In this document: positions 29,783-44,036 of the stretch, in pieces | Layout: the number at the start of each line of letters is the position of its first letter | Numbering within the stretch: position 1 is the first letter of the stretch | NCBI GenBank assembly: GCA_951406725.2 | Contig: OX597817.1 | Coordinates: 126,294,001-126,358,000, forward strand | From: Octopus vulgaris | Lineage: Eukaryota | Direction of reading: 5' to 3' | Length of the DNA: 64,000 nt | Notes under the pieces: model-generated | The model's database searches: none | Told to the model about the DNA's origin: nothing | The model's input: only the letters and a program-made list of their open reading frames with translations | Translations under genes and position numbers: made by a program

Positions 29783-29904
29783 ATCACGTGATCACGTGAC
29801 CGACCAGGCTATCAGAAGCTGCTACACATCGCTGGTCACAATGCGATTCGCAAATTATTTAGCATTCAATTGACGCCACCCCGCTGGCTAAGCGAGCAGG
29901 CCAA
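29783..29904 (+). mobile_element. Short retroposon-like fragment within (TA)n
   Basis: GC-richer 120-bp island bounded by (TA)n; family not assigned. Confidence 0.35.
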
Positions 29905-29920
29905 TATATATATATATATT

Positions 29921-30213
29921 GGCGCAGGAGTGGCTGTGTGGTAAGTAGCTTGTTTACCAACCACATGGTTCCGGGTTCAGTCCCACTGCGTGGCACCTTG
30001 GGCAAGTGTCTTCCACTATAGCCTCGAGCCGAGCAAAGCCTTGTGAGAGAATTTGGTAGACGGAAACTGAAAGAAGCCCGTCGTATATATATATATATAT
30101 ATATATATGCGGGTGTGTGTTTGTGTGTCTGTGTTTGTCCCCCCTAGCACCGCTTGACAACCGATGGCCGCAGTCAAATGACTGAAACAAGTAAAAGGGT
30201 AAAAGAGTAAGAG
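29921..30213 (+). mobile_element. SINE family B with internal deletion
   Basis: Head near-identical to 16580; sequence jumps from accgatg to gccgcagtcaaatgactgaaac. Confidence 0.9.
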
Positions 30214-31754
30214 TATATGAAAAAGAAAATGGAGTTTGCGAAGTTAATTGTTTATTATTAACAGCAAATTAATCATCTTCACGTGCAGCTGTTTCAATTA
30301 ATACGCAGTTAATATTACGTAAATGTTAAAGTTATATGTATATTACCAAAGCATAATATCTTCAGACGAAAAACAAATATACCCTTGAATGCATTATATT
30401 TGTTTATAGATTCATTATTTTAAGTTGAATGACTTCATAAATACATATAAAACATCCAAGGATATATTGTTTTCCTTCTGAAGATATGCTCAGGTCACAT
30501 AAATATAAATTTAATATTTACTTGATGCTCACTGTATATTAATTGAAATAGCTGTAAATAAAAATGATTAATTTTCTGTTAATAAACAATTATTAACTTC
30601 CCAATCTCCATTTTTCTTTCTTCTTTTATACATACATACATACATATATATTATACACATACACACACAAACACGCATACATACATATTTACATTTATAT
30701 ATATGCGTCTGTGTGGTGGAGAGGGGGGTGTTGCGTGTGTTCTTGTGCGTGTGTGTGTATATCAATCACCCAAATGACTCGCAATTTTATTTAGCAACTA
30801 TAATTTATTAGTTTCTTTGCATATTCTTAGTTTATGCATGTGTATGCAAATATAGTATTGGTATATCCCATTTGTGTTCATTAGAAATTAGATAAACAGA
30901 AAATTTTGACATCTACGAATATTTATTTCCCCCCACTGTATGTATACATGAGTAACAGCGACGCACGAGTCAATTCATATCGACCGTTTATGCGACTCCT
31001 TTAATTGATTAATGAAAACATTACATCATTATAAAAAAAACCTTTTCTTCAGATGACTACATTGATTTCACACACGAAGGACATAGCAAGTGTTTTAGGA
31101 TATTCGGATCACCAAAGGAGCTCAAATATTTACATTGATTTTAGTGTTATAGATTTGAGAGAATGAGTTTAGAAAAAGATCAATGTCTTGTCGAATCTCC
31201 TAGAATTGAGAGTTTAGAAGTTATAGTGGGGGAAGAATAATTGATGATAGTGACCAAGTTATTCCACTTCAAAGACAATGGGGAAAAGGTAGTCTTTAAT
31301 CATCCAATATTAAATGTTTTGTGATTTGTGACTGCATTCCTGACAAACGTGATAAAAGACTCAATATCATGACAACTCATGTAGCTATCTAAGTACTGGA
31401 ACCTTATATCCAGATTTGTCTACACCAAAGGGTAAGGCTGGGAGTGGTAAAAGAAAGGGGAATGCCTGATGGAGCAGGGGTGACAGCTGGAAGAAAGGAG
31501 TATCGGAAACTTTACTGATACTTACTGTGATTGGTACCTTAAAGGGTAAGGTAACGATGAAATTAAAGGAATGAGTATTAGAAATTAGGAGTGGAAGATA
31601 AGTACAGAGAATAAGGGAAGGAGCACATTACAACTTAGCCTATTTATAGTGTTAAATCAAGAAAAATATAATATAAAAAAATATAATAAAAAAAAATATA
31701 ATATAGAAAAAATATATAGATGAATGCTAGCAGTTACAGCTAAATGTCATGGTA

Positions 31755-32300
31755 GAGAAATACAGACGGCATGACAAGCATTGACTATTGGGGTCGACTA
31801 AGAAACAAATCAATCTCTACTCTCTCCAATGACACTGCGAGCGATACATCATTTGTGTGATGTGGAAAATATTCCTTCAATATTGCACAAATGACGTTGG
31901 CATCAATTTTAAAATTCGCCCAAGACTTGGCTCCCGTGCCATCCATCTTCTACAAAAGTCGAACTAAAGACACATAACAACATTACGACACAACTACTTT
32001 TCGTCAACCGGTCCAGCTCTCTTTAATATTATGCCAAAATACATCATCAAAACGGAAAAAGATCCCATAAAATTCAAACGTTCTCTGGACAAAGTTCTCC
32101 AAAATATTCTGCACCAAACTCTTACACTTGGATATAATTCCAACAACAATAAGTCTTAGCTAGAGTGGGCCATGGTGAATCATATATGATCATGGTGAGA
32201 ATCACGATCTAAAGGACTCCACCACATCGTGCTATTAAGTTAGACATGACCTGGGCCTATACTGGCAGAAACCAATCTAAGTTACGTAAGTTAGCTAAGA
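31755..32300 (+). mobile_element. CR1-clade LINE 3' end, decayed
   Basis: DYWGRL...LYSLQ...ERYIICVMWKI...RHNYFSSTGPALFNIMPK...FKRSLDKVL matches the CR1 C-terminus; short taag-repeat tail. Confidence 0.8.
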
Positions 32301-32367
32301 ATCTTAATTATATAAGTATATATATATATTACATACTAACGCACACATACAGATGCATATTCATATA

Positions 32368-33640
32368 TCAGGTTATTCCATAAGTACTGACCGATTTTAC
32401 CTTTTTAAGAATTAAATAAAATTTAATAGTATTTTAGAATGTCTAATGGAATTAAAAATTATTTTTATGCATTTGTGTAGATTTAAATAATTAAATATTA
32501 TTTTACAGAATAATAGAATTAAAATTTCTTTGATTAAAACCCTTTCTAACAGGGAATTATCTAACGAACATTTAAGGCACGTAATGCTTTATGAGTACAA
32601 AAAAGGAAACTCTGCAGCCGAAGCGATTCCAATCATATTCTCAGTTTATGGGAAAGAATGCTTAAATGAAAGAACTTGCAGAAGATGGTTTGCAAAAGTT
32701 AGAAGTGGAGATTTCATCCTTGAAGTTGATGTTTTGAATTTGGTGATAAGTTCCTTAAGGCATTACTTGAAGAAAATCCTGCATTATCAGTTAAAGAATT
32801 GGCAAAATATCTTAATTCAAATCATACAACTGTTCATCGTCATCTTCAACAGCTTGGAAGGGATCCTAAACTTGGAAAGTGGATGCTTCATGACTTGTCC
32901 GAAAGGAACCGCAAATCCCGAGTTGACATCTGATCCTCTCTCCATTCTCGAGAACTCATTTCACCCTTTTTGGATAGACTTGTGACTGGTGACGAAAAAT
33001 GGAACTTCTATCGAAATGTTAAACGTCGTAAACAGCGTATTGGTAAAAGGGGAAAAGCGCCACCACAACCAAGAAGGGAACTTCATGGAAAAAAGATTCC
33101 CATCTCTATCTGGTGGGATTGCAAAGGAGTAATTCACTTTGCATTGTTACTACCTAACGCAACAATCAATGTTCAAGTCTACTGTCAGCAATTCAGAGCG
33201 TTTGAACCAAGCTTTGAAGAAAGAAAGACACGCTTTAGTGAATTGAAAAGGAGTGCTGTTTCATCAGGACAATGCGCGACCCCACACTGCAAAGATCACA
33301 TCACAGAAGATCGAAAGCTTGTAGGGAAAAACTCTTCATCCACCTACCTTATTCTTTTGTCCTTGCTCCTTCAGACTACCATTTGTTTCGTAGTTTACAG
33401 AAACATTTGTTGGAGATAACTTTCGCAAGCCAGGTGGAGGTCGAAACTGATATTTCAGAGTTCTTCACTTTGAAACCAAAATAGTTTTACATTGATTGGA
33501 TTAAAAAGCTTGTAAATAGATGGGTCGAAGTCATAGATAATCAGGGAAATTACATTGATGATTAAATTTCAATTAAATATAGTATTTAATCACTTGTTTT
33601 CTTTATTCAAAATTCGGACAGAACTTATGTGATGACCTGA
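32368..33640 (+). mobile_element. Full-length mariner DNA transposon (1273 bp), inactive
   Basis: Imperfect ~31-bp TIRs tcaggttattccataagtactgaccgatttt / aaattcggacagaacttatgtgatgacctga; TA on both sides. Confidence 0.95.
32550..33565 (+). pseudogene. Mariner transposase pseudogene (D,D34D type)
   Basis: HLRHVMLYEYKKG.SA.EA helix-turn-helix start, KWMLHDL (WVPHEL), LVTGDEKW, QDNARPH, HLPYS..LAPSDYHLFRSL; several frameshifts and stops. Confidence 0.92.
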
Positions 33641-36600
33641 TACATAAGAATACAGGAATTCAGAAATGTGTCTTTCCCATCATGTCGAATATTAAAGTAA
33701 TACATTGTCTTTTTAGGTAAGTATTTAATGTGAAAATTATTGGTGAATTTGCATTTAAGTGACATGTTTGGTTATTTTTCTCTCATGTCATTATATATCA
33801 AATTGCTTGCACTAATGTTTTAATATTCAAACATGATTTTCATGGAGATAATAAAATCTCATACTCTATTCAAATTTAATTTACATCTGTATTTTTCGTT
33901 AATATATAACTCCTAGTGTTTGCTATTTTTCTTACATTACACATCAACTTGAATCTACGAAACAATTGTCGTTTCCAATTCTTTTAAGAATTCAAAAAAC
34001 AATGAACCCTCGATATTTTTTGAAAATAAATTGTAAGTACTCAACATGAGCAAGTGATAATGCAAATAATTTCGGATGGTTATATAGAAATATTGCTATG
34101 TGTTTTAATAGGAGAATATAGCAACATTTGTTCCAAGTAAACGGCATGTTAATGACATCCATTAAGTTATAATTATAATAATGAAAGCTTTCAATTTATA
34201 TGTAAACAGGAGCATTATATATCGATATTTTATGAGAATTCTTTTCAAATGAGTGTTTAAATTAATCAAATGTTTTCCAATCGGTAAATCAATATTCAAC
34301 CTGCTTTACGATTATCATGGTTGTTAGTGTCAATCATCTATCAAGGAGTGAGAAAATATCAGAAAATTGAACAAAATATATTTTTCAGAATCGTTAAATA
34401 ATACATGATAAAATTATAACTATTGGGGTATTGTTTTCAGATATGTAACTTTTTTTTTGATTTGTTGCTGAGTTTACTATTTCTATTGCATTCAAAAATT
34501 TCTTGATGGAAATCACATTCCATTTTTGGAAATACATTCATTTTGTTTTACTTCTATTTTAAAGATTTTGTAAATACTCCACTGTTAGAAGAAACGATGC
34601 TATGTGATACTACTTTTAATAAGAAAGAAAGAAGAAATTCTTTGTTTTAAAAAATCTATTTTACATTTTCTTTCAGTTCGATACTTTTGTGTTACTTTAA
34701 AACTAATTTTATAAAGTATTTATAGTTTTATAGATATTGATTTTATTATAATATCTTAATTTCATTTGAAAATATATTTATAATTTTTTAGAAAGGAGTT
34801 TTTTGGAATGTTGTGGTGTCAGATCGAGTTTACACTTTAAATTTGAATTCAGTTAAGTGAGAAAAATGAAGATGATAAATTAAGATAATAAAATGATCTC
34901 ACATTTTCACAGTATAACCTCACTTGAAAACAAAACGTGTTTCTTGCGAAATATGAAAAGAAAGCAAATAAATAAATCTATTATTGGTTTTAGTTAATAC
35001 AAACAGAAATTGATTTCATATTATAATAAAAAAGAATTCAAAATTTCAGGAATGTTTCATTACTCGATATTGTTTAAGTAATCACATACACATTTTCATG
35101 ACTAGAGTAATTTAAGATAACACAAGAACTTTATAATATTTTAATTTTTAAGGCCCACCATTTATTGTTTTTGCGAATGGTTAAAAGTTTTTACATAATG
35201 AAAATATTTTCTACGTCTACTGTTTCCAAATAATCTATAAGAAATCGAATTTACAGTTACATAAGTTGTTTAAGATTTGGTTGCAAAATATAGTCTGACT
35301 AACGAGATTCATAAAACAGTTCGAGTTAGGTAGAATTGGTAACAGAGACAGTTAGCTGATGAAATACTTAATTGATGATTAATGTTTTCTATGAGGTCGA
35401 GCACAATTTGATAAGTTCAAGAAGTCTGGAATTTTCAGTACACGAAGTTTTTTTATTTGCCTTATAACTTATCGATTAAAAATTCTAAGCAAAACTTCAT
35501 ATTTACACTTTGTTTATTATCTTAAAAATCAGTGGCATTTTCATGCTATTTAGTCTAGTTTTTATTTCGAAGATCTTATGTTATATCTGTATTAGTTCAC
35601 TTCATTTAATGGTTTACATTTCTAAATGTAGTACACGTGTTCGTCCATTTTAAACTTGTTTTGTGCAATAAGAGATAAATTGGTTCCCTTCTAGTTCAGG
35701 AAGTGACCGTTGTACTCCTTCATTTACTCTATTGCTTTTCAGTCTCAATGCTCTCCATTTACAACTGCTTCAGCTTGCGATAAAATATTTATTTCAGTGA
35801 CCCACGGAAATATCTCAAGGGAACCGTACATTTTTATCTTGATCATTTAACTGCTGTTGATTCTATTGCATAGTTTGTGAATGTGCGTATGTTTGTGTAT
35901 GTGTGTTTTCGCGTGTGTGAGCTATGTATGTGTGTGTGTATGTGCGCGCGCGTGAGTTTGGTTCTGTGTCTTGTTTTGTATTGTTCTATGATAAAATAAT
36001 TTCGTTTTGAGACATTTCCGTAAGGATTTTGGACTCTGACAGCGTCTAACAAACCACAAATGTGCAGTATTTTAGCCTGCATGGGCACATTTCATAGATA
36101 GAGAACGTGCATTCATGTTCCCTTGTGGTGAACTTGAAACTATCTTTCATCTGATGGACGTTAACATAACCTAATTGTCAGACTATGAAACAAAACATTT
36201 CTAATAACTGACATTTCTCGTGTAGAAATTTCCCCGTGTATGTAAATATGGTTTCATTCAAATTCTAGTTGCTTGTAAATTCAATAAGAGCAATCTTAAA
36301 TTCTTTCAGGAATAACTTCCCATTTCATAATTTCCAGGTCATATATAAAATACATAAATCTAACATACAAATGTGCATTTCATTGAATATGGGTACCCTT
36401 CAGTTGAATATAATTCATATCCATATTCCATGTCATCTTGTCATAATTTGCATCTTAAAATTAAGAAAGAACCAGCAACAAACAAGTTTCTGATATCGGC
36501 GAAATGTAGCACATATATAACTTTTATTTCCTGAATAATCATTTCAGTTATTTGTATTGTATATGAGCATGAGAGCCAAAATGTCCTCTTTATATTTTCC

Positions 36601-39469
36601 TGACAAATTCCTGTATGTAGAGGCTAGTAAAATGATTTATTCTTTTCAAGCTTAAATGAAATATTAAACAGGTCTTAGTGCAAGCGACAAATTCATTGCA
36701 AGCGAAGTACATTAGGTGGGTATTGTGTATGTCTCTATGTATGTGCGCATTCATGTATGCAAAAATTATAGGAGTGGTACAGATAAAATTGGTGAATCGC
36801 TTTTAAGTATATGCCGGCAATCCTTTGACTAAAACAGATATGATATTATGACACAAATAGCAGCAGTTGTTCGCATTCCATTTGAAATTGTCTGAAATAA
36901 ATTAAAGTAACATTGCAGCCTTGTAATTATTGATTATTATTTTTTACTTCCTCTGTTAATATATTATCATTTTTTTTTATAATTGCAGTTGATAAGCATA
37001 GACTGTCTAGATATATAATAAGACTTTGCGTTAAGATTTAACATTTGATCGCCTATGTATAGTGTAGAAAACTTTTCCTCCATTTTTTGTTGATTTGCCT
37101 TTCCACCAATCTGAATGTTATTCACGTGGTCTGATTGTTAGTATATATTTAGAGTCTTTGATGATAATTCAACTCTTAAGTGCTACGAAACTCTCATTTA
37201 TTTCCTAGTCACATGGCATTTCATGTAAATGAAAACTGTGTGATTAATAGTGTCATAAGAATATGATTAACTTGATACACCTTAATAAAAGAAGAAAATC
37301 ATAATCAAAATTTATATTTTTTAGAAATAAGACATTTCTTTGTATATAAAATTTGGTAGAGCCTAAGCATATAATGACACGTGAATTCATGAAAATACAG
37401 AGATTTTTTAGTATACCAGGAACCAAGTGATTTTAGTTTTAGATATATTGTCATTAATTGACTCAGTTACATTTCTGGATATTTTCCCATTAAGAAATAT
37501 GAAACTAGTCGTTAATTTCCTTATGTATTTGCGACGACAGTTTGAATAACAAATGTCCATAGATTTTTGTTCGATAAAAACAGGAGTCTAGAATTTGGAA
37601 TACAGGTGAATTCTTCCATTATTGTTCACCGAGAGAATTTATTTATGATTATTAGCCAATAATATATATATTAATATTAATATAATCATGACAGTATATT
37701 GTTATAATTAATGAAAGCAAACTGATAATACAATACGAGATGCTCAAACTTATATGAAATACAGTTACATAAGTATGTACACTATACTGCAATGAGGTTT
37801 AGATGCAAACTAATCAAAACGAGATCGACAAGTGAAGATATTTTAAAGAAAATTCGAAAAAAGACTTGGTGTATATTTTGATTTCCGCCATCACATTAAG
37901 TTTATTATCTAAACTCTGCCTTCAGAAAATCTACATGCATGTGTATTTTCCTTTCTGTAGCTTCCGACCGTCAAAGAACAAATAAGATCAGTAACCCATC
38001 GCCGTGAAAATGACCGAAGTTATTCTATGCTGGGAATAAGTGCAAAGTTTTGAAATTAACTTTTCACAGAGAGTTAGATGCATATCAAGTGGCAGAGACA
38101 ATGTTAGAAGGGATATTGTAGGATGGGATGTGAAAATACGATTACTTTTGTGAGGTTTCAGGGAAATATATTATTGCACCTTCATAAAATGTTACACCTT
38201 CTATAATGGGGATATCCATGAGATGACTTGTCAGTAAAACTGAAATCCTAGTGTCGTTTACGCAAATGTTACATTGGAATAAATTCATATTTTGAATAAT
38301 TATTTGTCAATTCAACAATATTTCCTACTTTTAGAGAAGTTTTGGCTGTACAAAACCTTTCAAACAACATCATTTTATATAACTAATAAATCTATTCCCA
38401 AATTCTCATTTTATTTTTAGATAGCAGGCTCCAATGTAGGTAGCATTCCGCTTATTGTTACTGGAATAATGACAGTGTGCCCTACATTTGTGTCTCACCA
38501 AACTTTAGTGTTCTAATGAGATCCCTCTGAAATTGCAATATATGATGACAGTGGAAAATAAATCCACATTTATATAAATATTTTGCGACTATCACATTTC
38601 CACAAATTTTCTATTCATTCAGTGGTAATATATTTCTATTTCTGAAATAATAATGTTATAGGTATTGGAAACTTCACGTACATTGTGTAACTGAATTTAA
38701 TGAATCTCGCCTAAATACTCTGAATTATATTTAGCAAATAATATTTCTGGCTTGCATGAGGAATAAAGTGCTCTTGTTGGGACAAACATACGCATTTTTG
38801 AAAATTTACCAGACAAATATGATAGAATTCACTGAGTTACTCTATTATTGTAATCGAACAGATTATAAGAAAGATCTCAAAGTGAAGCATATATTTTCTT
38901 TTCAAAATATTATTGGGCTACTAAATTTTTATGTACCTGCTATGATTCTTGCTGCAGTGTCAAGTGATACGACGTATTAAAATGAAAGTATTGGAGAAAT
39001 TTCACAATATATATCACGCTGTCTGAAATCAAATGATTATGCATACATTTTCAGTTTGTGTCATTCTATTTCTATTTCTAAGCTTCTCATATATTAAGGT
39101 CCCTTTTATTGCTGTTAATATTCCGTTCACAAAGGGAGAGCCCTGTTGAACTGTTTTGAGATTTATTCTATTCCCACGTTTCATTGCTTCCATTGCTTAA
39201 ACTTTACCCTGCTCTTCAAAGAAATGCTAAGTTAGAAATAAGACGAATTTTCTCACAAGTTTTAGCCGCGATACACTTAAATACTTCTAATCTGTTATGC
39301 ATTGCTTGAGATCAATGAAGAAATACATGAACCCTTTCTCGATACGTTAATGTTTTGGGGAGGTCTGAAGTCTCTCAGTCCAGTAATAACCAGCCACGTA
39401 GATTGGGGTAACGTTTATCATTCTAAATTTATTAAAATTCTATATCATTCTAATATTAATATGAAAAAC

Positions 39470-39620
39470 AATTTGGAGGGAGGGAGTAACCACAGCATTC
39501 AGTTGGTATTTATTTTATGGACACCGGAATTTTACAAGACAAAATCGACTTCGGCGGAATTTAAACACAGAGCGCAAGGACAGGGAAAATGTTGTTAAGC
39601 ATTTCGCCCGGCATGCCACA
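39470..39620 (-). mobile_element. SINE family A, diverged
   Basis: tcgacttcggcggaatttaaacacagagcg...taagcatttcgcccggc. Confidence 0.7.
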
Positions 39621-40424
39621 TTTGTTATTCCAATTTCGAAAACTGGCAAGAATGGCTTCCGATGTGACTTTAAATGAGGCAGATTCAGAGACGGCAACAC
39701 CTTAAAAGATTGCTGTGATAAACCCCATTCTTTCTCATAACACTATTGCCTGGCAATATATATGCCATCCTTATATTTTTCCTAAACTAAATTAGCGGTG
39801 TAAATACGCTGTTGCAATTGAATTCAAATATTTTATGGTTCAGATGGCCATATTTTAGTTTGACTAAAAACTAAATTTGCTACAAATATTAAATGAATTT
39901 CAATAGCGGTGTAATCACGAAGACAAAATGTATACCATTATTCTATAACGTTAATTTACATGCAAATTACTATTATCTGATCATTCAGAATAGTAATTTA
40001 GCACACGAAACAAGTGAAAAATTAATGATCTGTAATTATCTATAAGTTGACTGATCCCTAAAAAATATCAAACTAGTTAACTTGTAAGCGTGGAACTGTA
40101 ATCTGTGATAAATTCAGAATATGATGGAATTGGAACAAAATGAAAAATAAAATATTCCCTATAACTTTTTACACACTGCTAAGGAATAAAGAATTATACA
40201 GTTTTAACTAATTTTCATAATCCATAATTTATTTATCCACGTTTCTGATAAAATTGTGTTCCGTAATGCAATGATGCAAAAATCCTGCACATTAATTGAA
40301 TCATTTGACTTATTCCTGTTAATGGTCTTTCGATTGCCAAGTCGAACCACTCGATCAAAAACAGCAACAGAAGGATAAATGACACTCCATTTTTCTTTCC
40401 TTCCCTCCTTGCCAGCATGGCGTT

Positions 40425-41155
40425 TCTTAAAGTACATGGCCTGGGGTCGTCATGGAAGCAAGGATGCTTGAGCAACGCCGTCAGGTGACTAAGTATGGAA
40501 GTAATAGCCACCGGTGAGAACAGAATCGCGGACACACGGTACTTGGCTTCCATTTTCGATGACTTTGCGATTTGCACATCTCTTAGTCGACCGAAAATAG
40601 GAGAGGTGGCAGTGTTGTTCAGGAAAGGCCTGGATCTCGAGATACGGTCGGACTTCCTGGGCTCTGAAGGTTTATCGGTGTCCTTGGGACGTGAACGATA
40701 ACAAAGGGAGTGAATTCAGATTGGTCGCAGAGTACGCACCGTCTGGAGCGGAGCAGCGGATGGTCTTCAGACGCCTGGAGGCCTTTCCAGCGATGGCTCT
40801 CTCTTTAGGTTTAGCGGGCGATCGGAACGCCATTTTGGATGCACGTGTGTATTGGGTGGGCTAGCGGATAGGAAAGATTGCGCAAGCCTCGCAAACTGCT
40901 CAGACGTTTCCAGCTGGCGGACAGGTTGACTGGATTTCCCGAATACTCCAGCGTTGACATGGGCAAACACTGCCGGGTCTTCCAGATCTTGTCTAGATAG
41001 GGTATTTTGTATGCCAGCAGATAGGAAGAGCACAGGGTATCCACGATTTGAATTTGTCAACTACACAGACCACAAATATGTGTTCTTTACGGTGGTTCTA
41101 GATAGGCTCCATATGCAGGGACCCGGTAACTGGAAGCTGAACGCGTCCTTCCAGC
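40425..41155 (+). mobile_element. L1/Tx1-like LINE apurinic endonuclease fragment
   Basis: EVAVLFRKGL, FRLVAEYAP, AGDRNA, SRSCLDRVF, YTDHK, GPGNWKLNAS match APE motifs (GVAIL, VYAP, GDFN, SRLDR, SDH, WKLN.S). Confidence 0.85.
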
Positions 41156-41159
41156 GCGT

Positions 41160-41790
41160 CATGCTTTCAGAGACCCCTCGTCAGGATCCTTGGTACATAA
41201 CAATGTGTTTCCCTTTGTCATCCAGGTGGGTATTACCCCTTTCTGCAAGCAGTCATCTACCTGCTTTGCTATACTTTTAAGGAACCCTCTAATCTTCTTC
41301 ATCCCATAGCCGTCGATTCCATCAGGTCCTGGGCTCTTCCAATTTTGGAATTTCCTTAATTGCTTTTTTATCATTTCTGTAGTTATCGCTGTCTCCTTGT
41401 CCTTCTATATTCCTTAACCTATCTCGGATTTCATGGACACATTCCGCTTCATCATTATGATCGACAGTTTGGCTCACGCTACCTCTCCAGAATACCTTGC
41501 TTTCCTCTGCATCTGGTATCATTGTTACGCACATTTGTCCATCTATTCCCTGAAACAGTTTCAACTTATTTGCTTCAAACAATCTGGTTTGTCTGAATTG
41601 TTCTGTTCTACTGCCATATCTTTCTAGTTTTGCTTTGATTGCTACTACTCTTTGTTTCAGTTCTTCTAATATCACATCATATCCTTCAGCTCTTATTCTA
41701 TATGTTCTTTCCAGCATTATTCTTATCCTTTCGTTCTGAAATTCCCCTCTACTCAGTCCATCAACTTATTCTAAATGTTTACATTTTCGC
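41160..41790 (-). mobile_element. R4/Dong-like LINE fragment (region upstream of RT and RT start)
   Basis: LEELKQRVVAIKAKLERY...FRQTRLFE...FW, then NWKSPGPDGIDGY..K...IP.WMTKGNTLL..KD. Confidence 0.85.
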
Positions 41791-41965
41791 AATCCTTGAA
41801 ACATATTACAGCGTAATAGTTTTGAGAATGATTTGCTGGTGTTGATTTCTAAACTTATGTGTTACCATACTTGTTTAAATATGTAACCAGTAATGTGAGA
41901 AAACAAATTATGGATAAGATAGACAAGTACATATATCCAATTATCCATTCCACATCGTGTTATAT

Positions 41966-42129
<164 letters not shown>

Positions 42130-42131
<2 letters not shown>

Positions 42132-42689
42132 GAAAAAATAAGTCAAAATAGAAAATGCTAAAATAATTTTATAAAGAACATTTCAGTACCGGTTTCAGTC
42201 ATTTTGAGACATTTTCAACTGTAACGATTAAATAATTAAATTTAGAAAAATTTAAAGAAATGTTTTTTTAAAGGAATATTTGTATAGTGTTCAAATCTAA
42301 GTGGCATTTTCCTTGTTTCTGCCTTGCTCTGTCTCTCTTGTTCTCACTTGTGGGTTCGAGGTCGTTGTGAAATTTGGAAGGGAAGAAGAAGGATGATGAG
42401 GAGGAGGGGAGATTTTGGGAGTGCCTTGATTGTTGTATTTTGAATGGTCAGTGGCGGCTAGCAGTTCATGAGAATACTTCTATTGAAAAGTTTGTTTATA
42501 GAATTTGCGTGGGTGTTATACTAAAAAGCATTAGTGATAAAGTTAGGAAGTAGAAGAGGGAGAAGAAGAAGCAGAAGAAGAAGAAGATGAAGTAGAAGAA
42601 GAAGAAGGAGAAGAAGAAGAAGAAGAAGAAGAAGTGAAGAAGAAGTGAAGTAGAAGAAGAAGAAGAAGAAGAAGAAGAAGAAGAAGAAG

Positions 42690-42721
<32 letters not shown>

Positions 42722-42915
42722 GATGATGATGACGACGATGTTGATGATGCTAAAGAAGAAGAAGAAGAAGAAGTGAAGAGGGAGAAGAAGGTGATGATGA
42801 TGATGATGATGATGATGACGATGTTGATGATGCTGAAGAAGGAGAAGAAGAAGAAGAAGAAGAAGAAGAAGAAGAAGAAGAAGAAGAAGAAGAAGAAGAA
42901 GAAGAAGAAGAAGAA

Positions 42916-42962
<47 letters not shown>

Positions 42963-44004
42963 AGAAGAAGAAGAAAAAGAAGAAGAAGAAGAAGAAGAAG
43001 ATCATCATCTTGACACCCAGAGCAGGTTAGTGTGTATATCAGGTTCTCCGAAGCACATGTGAAGTTGCCTTTCACTGTAAACCGTTGTCCCTGTTTGAAG
43101 AATAACTCTTATCCCTCAATTAGATAATCGCATATCCCGCAATTGGGTCTTCCACATTTTTTTACTGTCGGCTTCCGTGTTGAAGAGTGTATTCGAGCTT
43201 GTGCTAGGAGACTTCTCATAGATTTAGGCTGTCTCTTGCTTTTTATGATCGTGTGTGTTTGGATTGTGTTCATTCTGTGGTCTTTTTTTTAGCAGGGGTA
43301 TGTTTTGGAGGATGGATGTACTATAGTTTCCAATGCAAACACCAGAGACACACGACTACAAGAACTAAAAGATACACTCATTACCAGGAACTACCCACCT
43401 TCACTTATTGACATCTGCATTCAACGTGTCCTCCAACTCAACATCCAGGAACTCAGACATCCCAAATCAAAGAAAAATGTACGACCAAAATCCTTACCAT
43501 ACATCTCCACACAAGACCCTCTCAACAATGAAGCCTTCGACACCATCCTCCAAAAGATACTCCTGCTAAAAAAAGACCACAGAATGAACACAATCCTCCA
43601 AACACACACGATCATAAAAAGCAAGAGACAGCCTAAATCTATGAGAAGTCTCCTAGCACAAGCTCGAATACACTCTTCAACACAGAAGCCGACAGTAAAA
43701 AAATGTGGAAGACCCAATTGCGGGATATGCGATTATCTAATTGAGGGATAAGAGTTCTCCTTCAAACAGGGACAACGGTTTAAAGTGAAAAGCAACTTCA
43801 CATGTGCTTCGGAGAAACTGATATACACACTAACCTGCTTTGGGTGTCAAGATGTTGATCTTCTTCTTCTTCTTCTTCTTCTTCTTCTTCTTCTTCTTCT
43901 TCTTCTTCTTCTTCTTCTTTTTCTTCTTCTTCTTCTTCTTCTTCTTCTTTTTCTTCCTCTTCTTCTTCTTCTTCTTAAGCATCATCAACATCGTCATCAT
44001 CATT

Positions 44005-44036
<32 letters not shown>

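Noticed and set aside
31040-31620. Possible minus-strand CR1/Jockey-like remnant
   Set aside because: Compositionally suggestive, but no motif could be read with confidence
37946-38053. Candidate host exon after a strong acceptor
   Set aside because: No clear donor, short frames and no recognisable protein similarity
41160-41188. Minus-strand CTGACGA...GAAA
   Set aside because: Within the R4 RT remnant at a junction; stems I and III cannot form
42496-43075. Long poly-F/L/S/K ORFs
   Set aside because: Microsatellite translations inside the PLE arm
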